Positions 34,050-46,470 of a stretch of DNA of 64,000 nt are shown here, piece by piece. The stretch's first letter is position 1, and each line of letters begins with the position of its first letter. Position numbers and translations under genes: made by a program. The stretch covers positions 32,240,001 through 32,304,000 of the forward strand of contig NC_091291.1 of the NCBI RefSeq assembly GCF_032444005.1. Direction: 5' to 3'. The notes beneath the pieces were generated by a model that saw only the letters and a program-made list of their open reading frames with translations, did no database searches and had not been told where the DNA came from. Source of the DNA: Ranitomeya imitator. Its lineage: Eukaryota.

Positions 34050-34952
34050 CTAGATGGTGGCCCGATTCTAACGCATCGGGTATTCTAGAATATGCATGTC
34101 CACGTAGTATGTTGCACAGCCCACGTAGTATATTCCCCAACCACATAGTATATTGCCCAGCCACGTAGTATATTGCCCAGTCACGTAGTATATTGCCCAG
34201 TCACGTAGTATATTGCCCAGTCACGTAGTATATTGCCCAGCCACGTAGTATATTGCCCAGCCACGTAGTATATTGCCCAGCCACGTAGTATATTGCCCAG
34301 TGACGTAGTATACAGCACAGAGCCACGTAGTATATTGCCCAGTGACGTAGTATACAACACAGAGCCACATAGTATATTGCACAGCGACGTAGTATACAGC
34401 ACAGAGCCACGTAGTATATTGCCCAGCTACGTAGTATATTGGCCAGTCACGTAGTATATTGCCCAGCCACGTATGTCACAGGTTAAAAGATAAAAAATAA
34501 ACATATACTCACCTTCCGAGGGAGCCCTTGTAGTCATGTCGCCTGTGTGCAGTGCACTCGGGTATTCTAGAACGCATCGGATATCTAACGCATCGAGTAT
34601 TCTAGAATATGCATGTCCCCGTAGTATATGGACAATGATGATTCCAGAATTCGCGGCAGACTGTGCCCGTCGCTGATTGGTCGAGGCAACCTTTATGACA
34701 TCATCGTCGCCATGGCAACCATTATGACATCTACGTCGATACTGTGCCCGTTGCTGATTGGTCGAGGCCTTGTGGCCTCGACCAATCAGAGACGCGGGAT
34801 GTCTGCGTCCTTTATGACATCTTCGTCGCTGTGCCCGTCGCTGATTGGTCGAGGCCTGGCGGCCTCGACCAATCAGACGCGGGTTTCTAGGACAGACAGA
34901 CAGAAAGACAGACAGACAGACGGAAAAACTTTTAGACAATTATATACATAGA
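34050..34952 (-). mobile_element. Non-autonomous Helitron (composite)
   Basis: A|CTAG at 34049-34053 plus the CCCGAT/ATCGGG hairpin; GA|T at 34951-34953 (A|TC on the minus strand); same 20-bp array as the 6779 copy. Confidence 0.85.
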
Positions 34953-35369
34953 TGGCCACGTCCAAATTTTGCAATGAGGGGTTCAGCCGTGAGCCCCAAC
35001 GGGACCAATGAATTGGTGCCAGAACGCTGTGTGAAAGCGCCACAGTTCCATACCAGACCTCTTCAGCCTGCCCTTCTTTTTAGAACAAGACTGTCCTCGT
35101 TTTTTATCTACTGATCATTCTTAATCATCGTCTTTCGGATTCTTGCATGGGCAGAACAAAGAGACCTAGCAATATCAGCAGTGCACATTACTGGAGTGGA
35201 CAACTGGATTGCCGACTTTCTAAGCCGCGAATGACTCGATAGAAACCAGTATGAACAGCAGAGTCTCTTGGTTCGTTTCCAGATCCCGCAATCCACTAGC
35301 AGTCAACTCAAATGCTTTGGCGATCTGATCCCAATTTGTTCTCCTTTATCTGTTCCCACCCCTGCTCCT

Positions 35370-37150
35370 CTTTTTCATACATTTTTCTTTATTAAGTTTC
35401 AAAGCGAAATGAAAAAACAAAAATAGGGAACAAATTGTGCCGGGTATGGCAGGTCAAACATAGGCACACACACAATACAATAAACACTATCCTCACAATA
35501 TTTAAGAGATATAAACACAATACAAGGTAAAAAAAAACAGTATACATTTATATAACATGCTGTAAAATAGTTCCATTGTGGTGACTCAAACTTAGGTATT
35601 ACATAGTCATGTGAAATAACAAGGAAGAGGAAGGAAAAAAAGTAGAAAGGAGAGATGAAACATAAACACACACACAAAGAAATAGAGATGGAGAAAGAGA
35701 ACAACGAGAGGCTCCTAGAGTATTGGGTTTTTCCCTATAAACTCGAGGTAGCAGAGGATATAAACTCCAGCCAATAAAACCAGGATTTGTAGAATCTATC
35801 ATGAGTTATTAATCGTGGTATTAAGCTGCTCCATTGGCATAACCTCAATTATTTTGGAAAACCAGAGAGCGATTGTCGGAGTGGAATATTTTACCATAAC
35901 GGAGGAATGCATACTCTAGTAGACGCAATTAGGTGCCTCAGTATTGAGTTTTGTTTTGTTTTTTTACAGGTTTTAAGTTTCCATTTTTATTAACCCAAGG
36001 CAAAAATGTTTCTATATGTGGAGCTCTGCTTAATATCTACAGTCATTAAACACAAGAAACTGTTCCATATTTTTTATTTCCTCCAACCTAAGTTACTTAA
36101 AAACATGAATGACTGAAATAAAAAATAAAGGAGCATTGAGTCCCATCAGGTCATCCCATCTACTGCCATAGGCGCACTACAGATTGTTTGCTGCAGGCTC
36201 TACTGGAAGTGCTGGGCATAAGGGAATGATTTATGTTAATACGGAAAGATTGTGAGATCAAATTGGTTCCCAAATATTAACCAGCAAGATAACCAGTTAC
36301 AATTTATAAATAAAAAGGTGTGTTTGATAAAAACCAAAATGTATAGAAAGTCCATGAACGCAGTATCAAGTATTTGTGCTTTTTTAAAGGGATGCCGCTG
36401 TGATGGAGAAGGACGAAAGTTGGATCAATGTCTGAGATAAGATCTGTGATTTTACTTATCACTAGTGGTACTTTTTCCCCGAAATGGAAGAGACGTTTTC
36501 AAGACCAAAAAATATATAATACATCACCCTCCTCTTCCCTGTATCTCCAACACATGGGCTTGACATCTGGAAATATAGAGTTTAGGTGATACCACCGGGA
36601 GATTAATTTATAACCGTCCTCATGGAATCGAGAGCTGATGAATGATTTATGTGGTAGGGTGAAGACACACCTCCATTGTTCCCTCATTGGGGTATGACCC
36701 AGATCGCCCTCCCATTGCATCTGAAACCGGGTTTTAGGCTGGTCCGGGGGAACAATCAGAACCAAATATAAGAAAGACAAAGACAGGGACCTGTGTTTGA
36801 GCACTCCTCTTCTAAAGTCGGATTGTCATTTTTATAAAAGGCTTATAAATGACGAAAGTGAGAAAGCTGACTAATTCTCCAGAGCCCTAAGGTGGAGGGA
36901 GCTGAGAGACCCTGAAGATGTTCCTTTTGAAGGCCATTTGTTTCCAAATCTAAAAGCCATCACTCAACAGCCACTATTTACTCAGTAGCGAAAAACTTCA
37001 TCCTTTACTCCCTGATGTAGGGTACATTGAGGAGAATTGTGGTAGAATTGATGAGCGTACTAAGGGATTATTGTAGCATGAAAGAGTAGCCCCAATCATG
37101 GGATGAGTTATAAGAGCAGTAACCGTAGATAGGGCTAACCAGGGAGTGGT
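35370..37150 (-). mobile_element. L1/Tx1-type LINE 3' relic
   Basis: Minus-strand frames YKLISRWY and CWRYREEEGDVLYIFW (degenerate ORF2 C-terminal knuckle), LWFSKIIEVMPMEQL and FYKSWFYWLE; AATAAA and an A-rich tail at about 35370-35395. Confidence 0.7.
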
Positions 37151-39689
37151 AATTAGAGGGAAGTTTGTAAAGCTTTGTTCAATCCCAAACTTTTACAGAA
37201 CACCTCTGCCCCTCTTACCCAGGCTGATCAAGAAGATCAAAGCAGAATGCGTTCCAGTCATTACCATTGCTCTGGACTGACCCAGAAGATCCTGGTACAC
37301 TGTAGTAGACAACCTTCTAGCAGATGCCCTGTGGAAGCTCGTAGATCATCCAGATCTGCTTTCCCAGGGCACCATCTTCTACCAGAATTCAGTCTCTTAA
37401 TTTAACGGCATGGCTGTTGAAGCCGCAGTGTTAAGTCTCAAATTTTTTTTCATCAGGTCATCCATATGAAGGGTGGCATAAGGCCAGTTGCTGTGAACCA
37501 GACCCAAGTTCTCTTTGCCCTGAAACCCCTCTTATAAACAGGATTCTGGCTTCAGTGTGATGTGGTGTGGAATGGTTTCTGTGTACACTTGTAGTTCAGG
37601 AGTCCTTGTTACCTCCCTGTCAATGAGACCAGACTCAGATGCACACATAACAGGAGACCTTAGGGTTACATTTTTCCATGCCATTCGGATACATGCGGGT
37701 GCGGCACACAGAGTGAGACAGAATCCCCTCCAGGTGATGTTCCCGTTGTCCAATGTACTACCAGTCCTGGACTCCATTGTGCCCGACCTGTCCCTGCTTT
37801 AAAAGCTCCTCTTGGTACCGGGGACCTTGTATCCAGCATAGCATCTTCCCTGAGACCCATCATCTTTCCCTCTCGCTGGGACCTGACCAGCATGTTCCTC
37901 ACAGGGCAAACAGAGACTTGGCACCTTAGGTCCAACACTGCCCCGGGATCTGCACAAGACTTCAGATGATTCCTCATACTGTTTGGAAACTTGGCACTGA
38001 CAGGACTTCCTTCGCTGCTGCTGTATCCACTACCTTGGAACCTGTTGAACATTGTCACTGTTGAGCACTTCCTCAGACTGACCTCTCTTCCACTAACACC
38101 TGACTATCATCTGGACTCTAAGCCTCTCCAGAACTCCTGAACTAGGAAGTGATTCCTCTCTTTATCAGATCTAACCCCTTCCCACTATGTGGGCTAATCC
38201 CAAACTATTTACCTTACCTTACCCAAACTGCTGCAACTATATCCATATGCCTTGTAAAGGACGGCCTTGAGGTTAAAACTCCGGGAAAACAGAGACACAC
38301 ATCGGCCATTAAGAATAAAACTTAAAACTCTTCATCAAAACATTTTACCATAAACATTCACATCAAATATTATTTTCTCTTGAACAAATGTATTACTCTA
38401 CTCCTCTACACATACATGACAGCTCCCTTCAGACATTCAGATTCCTTGTTTGTAATTCCGGAGAGTCATCATAGAGGTCTCCCTGCCTCTGAGACTACTA
38501 TTCCTCATTGGTTCCTCGTTGGACTCGCTCTATTATTCTGGAAGTGTATCGGGCATAAGACAGAGCACCACCACTCCGGTTTACTGTTAACTTCACCCGA
38601 GCAGTGGGGGCTTCCTGGTTTATCAAGGCTACTACCTGGTCTTCTCTACATATCTTCTCCAAGTTCTACAGTTCTACAGTCCACACCTTTTCCATGGCAG
38701 ATGCAAGCCTGGGTAGAAAGGAGCTGCAGTTGCCTGGGTTCTGACCTGAGAGATTTGCCTCATTTTTTCTGGTTCAATCTTCTCCCACTCTCGGGACTGG
38801 TTTTGGACATCCTATGGTTCCCCAATGAAGCAATAAAGAAAAGAATTTGGGTACTCATAAAATCCCTTACTCTGAGCCTTCACTAGGGGACCCAGCACCA
38901 TCCCCTTGTGCCAATTTCGGGACAGCGTTGTAATTAATCTAAGTTGCTTCTACTTCTTTCTAACAGATTGGCTTGGTTCCAGTTGGTGGGTGGAACCTGC
39001 TGAAGGTAATTTAACTTTTTTTTGCCAAGTGTCAGCCTCCTACTGGCAGCAGTATACACCCTGTGTCCCCCAGTGAAGGCTCCAAGAAAGATTTTATGGT
39101 GAGTACCCAAAAATCATCTTCTTGCTTGTTTGTCTGGTGATGGTCAGCCTGGTGCGACTGCATAATTATTGGGAAATAAGTAACGCTAGGGACAAGGTTA
39201 CATGGCAAAGAATAGGTTAGATTGAGGTAACAATCGGGGCATCTGATATGGAGTGTATCATTTAAGCTCCTATTTGGTTTTATATCCTTATGCAATAGGG
39301 TTAGTCCAAAGCTGATGACCCCTTTCTAATCATACTGGTCATGTTTCTGTCTGACAGCTCTTTCCCAGCCATTCCATACACATGCACACTTGGCTCGACC
39401 ATCCATTTCATGTACGGTATTTAGTCATTAGTTCGTTTTTAGTTATATTAATTGGCCAGTGACGTATATGACTTTCCTTGCTCTTCAGAACATTGAGCAC
39501 TGTGCAGAATCACTGAGACGAGTCTGTAAGAATGAGGTAGTGACGTGTAAAGCACTTTCATTTATTGGGAAGGTGTACATGTTCCATGCATACAATCAAT
39601 AGGTCCGCTATCAATATATTTATGGTAATAGATTTAATTAGGATTTTGGGGAATTTGCAAGTACAGATTCTATTGCTTTGCCCGTAGCG

Positions 39690-40656
39690 TTATATTTCTA
39701 GGCGGCTCTTCATGCAGACATCGGGCTCGCTGCTCTCCACGGTGCAGTCACTGTAGTCCATCTTGCAGCGATCACAGTCACAGCTCAGTGCCACAGGGTA
39801 GGTGAAGAAGGGGTCTGCGCCAGGTAAGCAGTCTGGAAGTTTAATGGTGTCATAGCGGATATCTTTATAAGTGCAGATTTGTTGTTTAAATTCAGAAAGC
39901 GCAGTTTTGAACGACAGATCCTGTTAGAAATAATAGAAATACTTAAAAAAAAAAAAAAAAACAGTGATTTTTCATTTCTGCTGAACCGGTTTAGAAATTA
40001 ATCGAATGATCTTGATGCACTTCAACGGGAATTATGGTAACAAGTGAGCAAAGTTTACTCCCGCGGATGGGAATGTGCCTTTAGGATTGAACTTGTATGC
40101 GAAGTTAATGTGTTTTTGGTTAAAAAGAACGAAGAGTATAAAGAACGCTGACGCCTCTCTTGCAAATATTGTGTCTCATGCCCACAGGGCCACATGTTTA
40201 TGATTTTTCAAAGGGAAAATCAGAGAAAGCCACCGCCATACAGCTCTGGCAGCAGCCTATCTCCTGAAGAACAAAAGACCTGGACATTAAAATTCAAACT
40301 GTGGACCCTTATTTTCCTCGATGGAGGAGAGTTGGGAGGCCATTCAGACATATTAGATTACCGACTGGTTCGGCCCACTTTAGTGCTTAAGGGGGTCTTT
40401 ATACTAGCCATGATATGTCTTTGGCTTTGTACTCAAAAATGCAAGAAGGGATTTCATTTATGACATCAATTCAAAATATAAATCTCACCATTGTCGGACA
40501 GTGACCACTGCAGATGGTGGTGGTGAAGACGACGCACACTGGACAGTGGTCCTTCTCAGCAGATACGGTAGCATTAGTAAGATAACATGACCGACGTCCT
40601 TGCACAGCAGACAAGTAAACGACCAGAACGTAGGACATCAGATGAGACGTGAACAT
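39690..40656 (-). CDS. LHB: Luteinizing hormone beta subunit, 132-aa precursor
   Basis: Coding exons 40656-40489 ([20 protein letters not shown] signal peptide, then [36 protein letters not shown]) and 39920-39690 ([76 protein letters not shown]). Phase-0 GT-AG intron; 12 Cys; one N-glycosylation site (NAT); AATAAA at 39566-39561; tail-to-tail with RUVBL2. Confidence 0.95.
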
Positions 40657-41128
40657 CCTGTGTTCAAAAAGGTCAAATTATACAGGTGTAGCTGGAGTCG
40701 ATAAACGCAGTTATGCAGGAAAATTATCGGGATGATTATCCAACACCTTTGCCACATGTGTTATAAAGATTCATGAAATTCAACTTTTGTAGCCTTTTTT
40801 TATTTTATTGTTTGTATTTGGCGCATCTACCTGGAGAAAGATTTCTGGACAAATTTTTTCAATTTAGCGCAGTTTTGTGACTTTTGATGCAAAAAAAAAA
40901 AAAGTTGCAGAAACTGGTCAAAGGCAAAAATAAAACATTTTTTCATTTTGGGCTAAATTCAGGAAGTACGTATGCCATTTTTAAGAATTTGGCCCAGAAA
41001 CCATCAGAAAATACCAGGAGACAAAAAAAAAATGACTTGAATGAATCACAATTTATGAATTTTAATTATTGGAAACAATTTTCCGTTTATGGGAAAATAG
41101 TGCACATCTATGACAGACCAGGCATATA

Positions 41129-42709
41129 CACTAGCGTTCCAAAGTTTAGGGTCAATTAGAAATGTCCTTATTTTTTTAAGAAAAGCACAGTTTTTTTTCC
41201 AATGAAGCTAACATTAAATGATTCAGAAATACACTCTATACATTGTTAATGTGGTAAATGACTATTCTAGCTGCAAACGTCTGGTTTGTAATGCAATATA
41301 GTTGTATAGAGGCCCATTTCCAACAACCATCCCTCCATTGTTCTTATGGTACTTTGTGTTTGCTAACTGTGTAAGAAGGCTAATGGATGGTTAAAATACC
41401 CTTGAAAACCCTTGTGCAAGTATGTTAGCACAACTGAAAACAGTTTGGCTGAATAAAGAACCTATAATCCTGACCTTCCTTTGAGCTAGTTTAGAATCTG
41501 GAGCATTACATTTGTTGGTTCCATTAAACTCTCAAAATGGCCAGAAAAAAAAAATTCCATGTGAAACTCGACAGCCTATTCTTGTTCTTAGAAATTAAGG
41601 CTATTCCATGCGAGAAATTGCCAAGAAACTGAAGATTTCCTACAACGGTGTGTCCTACTCCCTTCAGAGGAGAGAACAAACAGGCTCTAACCAGAGAAGA
41701 AAGAGAAGTGGGAGGCCCCGCTGCACAACTGAGTGACAACACAAGTACATTACAGTAGAGTCCATAGTTTGAGAAATTGACGCCTCACAGGTCCTCAACT
41801 GGCAGCTTCATTAAATAGTACACGCAAAATGCCAGTGTCCACGTCTACAGTGAAGAGGCGACTCCGGGATGCCGGCCTTCAGGGCAGAGTGGCAGAGAAA
41901 AAGCCATATCTGAGACTGGCTAATAAAAGGAAAAGATTAATATGGGCAAAAGAACACAGACATTGGATAGGAAGATTGGAAAAAAGTGTTATGGACAGAC
42001 GAATCCAAGTTTGAGGTGTTTGGATCACACAGTAAAACATTTGTGAGACTCAGAACAACTGAAAAGATGCTGGAAGAGTGCCTGACGACATCTGACAAGC
42101 ATGGTGGAGGTAATGTGATGGTCTGGGGTTGCTTTTGTGCTGGTAAAGTGTGAGATTTGTACAAGGTAAAATGGATTTTAAATAAGGAAGGCTATCATTC
42201 AATTTTGCAACACCATGCCATACCCTGTGGACAGCTCTTGATTGGAGCCAGTTTCATCCTACAACAGAACAATGACACAAAGCACACCTCCAAATTATAC
42301 AAGAACTATTTAAGGAAGAAGCCGGCAGCTGGTATTCTATCTGTAATGGAGTGGCCAGCGCAGTCACCAGATCTCCGCCCCATTGAGCTGTTGTGGGAGC
42401 AGCTTGACTGTATGGTGCAAAAAGTGCCCATCAGCCAAACCTACTTGTGTGAGCGGCTTCTGGAAGCACGGGGGGGGAATTTCTCCAGAGACCTCAGCAA
42501 ATTAACTGCTAGAATGCCAAAGGTCCGCAATGCTGGAATTGCTGTAAAGGGAGCATTCTTTGAAATAAAAATCTTTTTTTTTTTTGAACCTTGTCAATGT
42601 CTGGACTAGATTTTCAATTCATTTAGCAACTCATTTGATAATTAAAAGTATGAGTTTTCATGGAAAACCCAAAATTGTCTGGGTGACCCGAAACTTTGGA
42701 ACCGTAGTG
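41129..42709 (+). mobile_element. Tc1-family DNA transposon, decayed transposase, in LHB intron 1
   Basis: TIRs CACTAGCGTTCCAAAGTTTAGGGTCA / TGACCCGAAACTTTGGAACCGTAGTG, left TA; transposase remnants GYSMREIAKKLKIS, TVKRRL, TDESKF, QQNNDTKH (second Asp replaced by Asn) and SPDLRPIELLW, with frameshifts and stops. Confidence 0.92.
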
Positions 42710-42736
42710 TCCTAGTATAATAAATTAGTGAATTTA

Positions 42737-43087
42737 CAGCTCTGGCAAAAATTAAGAGACCACTGCACAGTTTTATAAAAATCAGCTTCTCTACGTGTCT
42801 GACAGCCATTCCATTCCAGTGTCAGTTGAAGTCCAACCAGAGGACACCTCATTCTACTTAATGTGCTTCTGATTTTGATTCTATTATGATTAGGTGATTA
42901 TTTTGAGCAATTCTCATTTTCCGAAAAAAAACAAAAACACATTTTTTGCTTGGAAATTCGGAGACATGTTGTCAGTAGTTTATAAAATAAAAGAGCAATT
43001 TATTTTTTACTCAAAAACATACCTATAAAGAGAAAAATCAGACAAACTGAAAATGTTGCAGTGGTCTCTTAATTGTTGCCAGAGCTA
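42737..43087. mobile_element. Tc1/mariner-type MITE
   Basis: TIRs CAGCTCTGGCAAAAATTAAGAGACCACTGCA and near reverse complement, TA on both sides. Confidence 0.85.
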
Positions 43088-43089
43088 TA

Positions 43090-44903
43090 TCTATAATATA
43101 AGGCTGGGAGCGTCACTCTGTCCGAAGCCTTTATAGACTGCGCAAGCGCAAGCGCCGGCGCGGTCTGGCCCCCACAGAGTGACGCTCCCAGGAGATCGCG
43201 GTATGTGTAAACACTGAACGCACACCGCGATCTCCAACAGAGAAGCAGGGACCGCCAGGAGGGTAAGTATAAGCTATATTCACCTGGCCCTGTTCCACCG
43301 CTGCGCGCCGCCATCTTCCGGGTCCTTTGCCTGTGACGTTCAGTTCAGAGGGCGCGATGACGCGCTTAATGCGCGCCACCCTCTGACTGACCAGTCACAG
43401 CCAGAGGACCCGGAAGATGGCGGCGCGCAGCAGTGGAACGGGGCCAGGTGAATATAGCAAGTGCTGGGGGGCCTGAACTAGTGGCGATACCGGCACTTGA
43501 CCCCCACAGCGCGCCGGTGTCCCCGCCTGCTCAGGCCCCCCATCACTCGGCGCCCAGCGACGATAGGCGAGTATGGTATTTTTTTTTTCATATATTGCAG
43601 CAGCATACAGGGCATATACCATGGAGCATCTTATGGGGCCATAAACCATAATGGAGCAGTGTACAGGGCATATACAATGGAGCATCTTATGGGGCCATAA
43701 ACCATAATGGAGCAGTGTACGGGGGGCATACACACTGGAGCAACTTATGGGGGCCATCAACCATAATGGAGCATTGTACGGGGGCATACACTATGGAGCA
43801 TCTTATGGGGCCATAAACCATAATGGAGCATTGTACGGGGGCATATACAATGGAGCATCTTATGGGGGCCATAAACCATAATGGAGCAGTGTACGGGGGC
43901 ATATAAAATGGAGCATCTTATGGGGGTCATAAACCATAATGGAGCATTGTACGGGGGCATATACAATGGAGCATCTTATGGGGGCCATAAACCATAATGG
44001 AGCAGTGTACGGGGGCATATAAAATGGAGCATCTTATGGGGGTCATAAACCATAATGGAGCAGTGTACGGGGGCATATACTATGGAGCATCTTATGGGGG
44101 CCATAAACCATAATGGAGCAGTATACAGGGGCATATACCATGGAGCATCTTATGGGGGCCATAAACCTTTATGGAGCAGTGTATGGGGACATATACTATG
44201 GAGCATCTTATGGGGGCCATCAACCTTTATGGAACAGCGTACGGGGACATATACTATGGAGCATCTTATGGGGGCCATCAACCTTTATGGAGTAGTGTAT
44301 GGGGCATATGGATGGGAGCAGCAAATTTAAAGAACGGTGGCGCAGGATGGGAGCAGCACATGTCAGAATGGAGGCGCAGGATGGGAGCAGCACATGACAG
44401 GATGGGGACGCAGGATGGGAGCAGCACATGACAGGATGGGGGCGCAGGAAGGGAGCAGCACATGACAGGATGGGGACGCAGGATGGGTGCAGCACATGAC
44501 AGGATGGGGGCGCAGGAAGGGAGCAGCACATGACAGGATGGGGGCGCAGGATGGGTGCAGCACATGTCAGAATGGAGACGCAGGATGGGAGCAGCACATG
44601 ACAGGATGGGGGCGCAGGAAGGGAGCAGCACATGACAGGATGGGGGCGCAGGATGGGTGCAGCACATGACAGGATGGGGGCGCAGGATGGGTGCAGCACA
44701 TGACAGAATGGGGGTGCAGGATGGGAGCAGCACATGACAGGATGGGGACGCAGGATGAAGCAGCACATGACAGGATGGGGGCGCAGGATGGGTGCAGCAC
44801 ATGACAGAATGGGGACGCAGGATGGAGCAGCACATACCAGGATGGAGACCATATACCAATATAAATGCTCGCCACCCGGGCATAGAACGGGTTCAATAGC
44901 TAG
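43090..44903 (+). mobile_element. Non-autonomous Helitron with 56-58-bp and 34-bp internal tandem arrays
   Basis: A|TC start at 43089-43091; 3' hairpin CCCG-N9-CGGG then CTAG|T at 44900-44904; arrays at 43610-44310 and 44340-44830; followed by (TA)n. Confidence 0.85.
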
Positions 44904-45021
44904 TATATATATGTGTGTATATATATATCTATATATATATCTATATATATATGTATGTATATATGCAAATACAGTATATTTGTGTATCTATGTGTGTATA
45001 TATGCAAATAAGGTATATATA

Positions 45022-45075
<54 letters not shown>

Positions 45076-45124
45076 TTTCATTTTTTTACCGAAAAATATA
45101 TTACATAAAAAAAATGTAATTTCA

Positions 45125-45265
45125 NNNNNNNNNNNNNNNNNNNNNNNNNNNNNNNNNNNNNNNNNNNNNNNNNNNNNNNNNNNNNNNNNNNNNNNNNNNN
45201 NNNNNNNNNNNNNNNNNNNNNNNNNNNNNNNNNNNNNNNNNNNNNNNNNNNNNNNNNNNNNNNNN
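45125..45265. other. Assembly gap (N-run) inside a (TA)n/(TG)n microsatellite region
   Basis: 141 Ns with near-identical sequence on both sides. Confidence 0.99.
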
Positions 45266-45296
45266 TTGTGTATCTGTGTGTATATATGCAAATAAG

Positions 45297-45356
<60 letters not shown>

Positions 45357-46320
45357 ATATATATATAATTTGTTTTTCTTTTTTTTTTACCGAAAAATAT
45401 ATTACATAAAAAAATATGTAATTTCAAAACCCCATTATGCCTTCTCTGTCATAGATTTGCACCATTTCCCCATGAATTTCAATAATTGGAAAATAATTTG
45501 CTGGAAATATTTTCTTTTCCCTTCATTTGAATAGGAGATAAGATGCAGTACCAGTAGTGAACACCAAAGAATGTATGGCGCTGCACTGCTCCTTCTCCAT
45601 ACATTATTTACTTTACATTTACTTTCGATGCAGGGGGTGCCGGGTGTTGGACCCCCACTGATCCTGATGATATGTCATCATTATGTTTGGTCCTGAACAT
45701 CCCCTTTTAAAATCTACATCCACATCGATTTTATTGGTCCCAACGCATAGAAAAGGAAGCAACTTGGCAAATAGTCTTGAATTCAAAACTCATTAGTGCT
45801 TTGTGTCTTTTGAGCTGATCTATACCGATACATTATTTTCAGTCTAATCCTGTAGGCCTACTCTTTTTCATATGCTCCCTACGTTAGGAACCTGACTACG
45901 CACAGAGTTTGTAGTCTGTTGCCATGGAGACCTGAAGATTCTAAATAAATACAAATGTAGATACATTCTTAACTGAGACCAATTGCAATTCACTTTAAAA
46001 GAAAACTATATTTACGAAAGTGAATATAAATATTTATCTGCCCCAAATTTGGAAAATGATCATCAACGGCCAACATAATCTAATGGGGGTTCCTTTATTT
46101 TAAAAAAAGGGATATTAAATCATGATGGTGGTGCAAAAGGAATTGAGCATGGACCAAATTAACGTGGGTAGAAGCCATCTAGCTATGGCCTTGCCCATCG
46201 GGAGAGACTAAGTCCAGTATATATAGGCAAGTAAGCATTTTCTTTAAAAACGCTGCACCTCCCGATACCACTGCGGGCAAACAACGCATAGCCGGTCTCA
46301 TCAGTATTGAGGCCACTTAC

Positions 46321-46470
46321 CTTGCAGCAAGGAGCTGAAGACTAAATAGTTCTTCCAGGTGTCCGGGCCGATGCATTCAGCTTGTACAAGTCCCCATTTA
46401 AATATTCACGTATGACCCAGCCCCATCTGTCATGGCCACAGCTTGTGGGGGTGTGAAGGCCGAACGGATC
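46321..46470 (-). promoter_or_regulatory. Probable LHB exon 1 (about 46375-46321) and proximal promoter
   Basis: Strong donor AAG|GTAAGT at 46321/46320; TATTTAAA at 46404-46397; CGGCCTTCA-CACCCCCAC (NR5A-like plus Egr-1 site) at 46462-46445. Splicing to 40657 gives CAAG|GATG in front of the LHB ATG. Confidence 0.7.

Larger units (their letters stand above)
33645..39130 (+). pseudogene. Continuation of old DIRS relic(s), split by later insertions
   Basis: VLGQMVAVIEAI (about 33800), QFHTRPLQ (about 35045), SAVHITGVDNWIADFLSR (about 35175-35230), MT-region and AWLLKPQ (37230-37430), YR TAPFRHSDSLFVIP, TRAVGASW and ATTWSSLHIFSKFY (38420-38670), terminal-like GATTTTATGGTGAGTACCCAAAAATC (about 39090). 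Confidence 0.75.

Noticed and set aside
43395-44896. Cys/Pro/His-rich ORFs up to 210 aa
   Set aside because: Translations of the 56-58-bp and 34-bp arrays inside a Helitron; frames shift between units.
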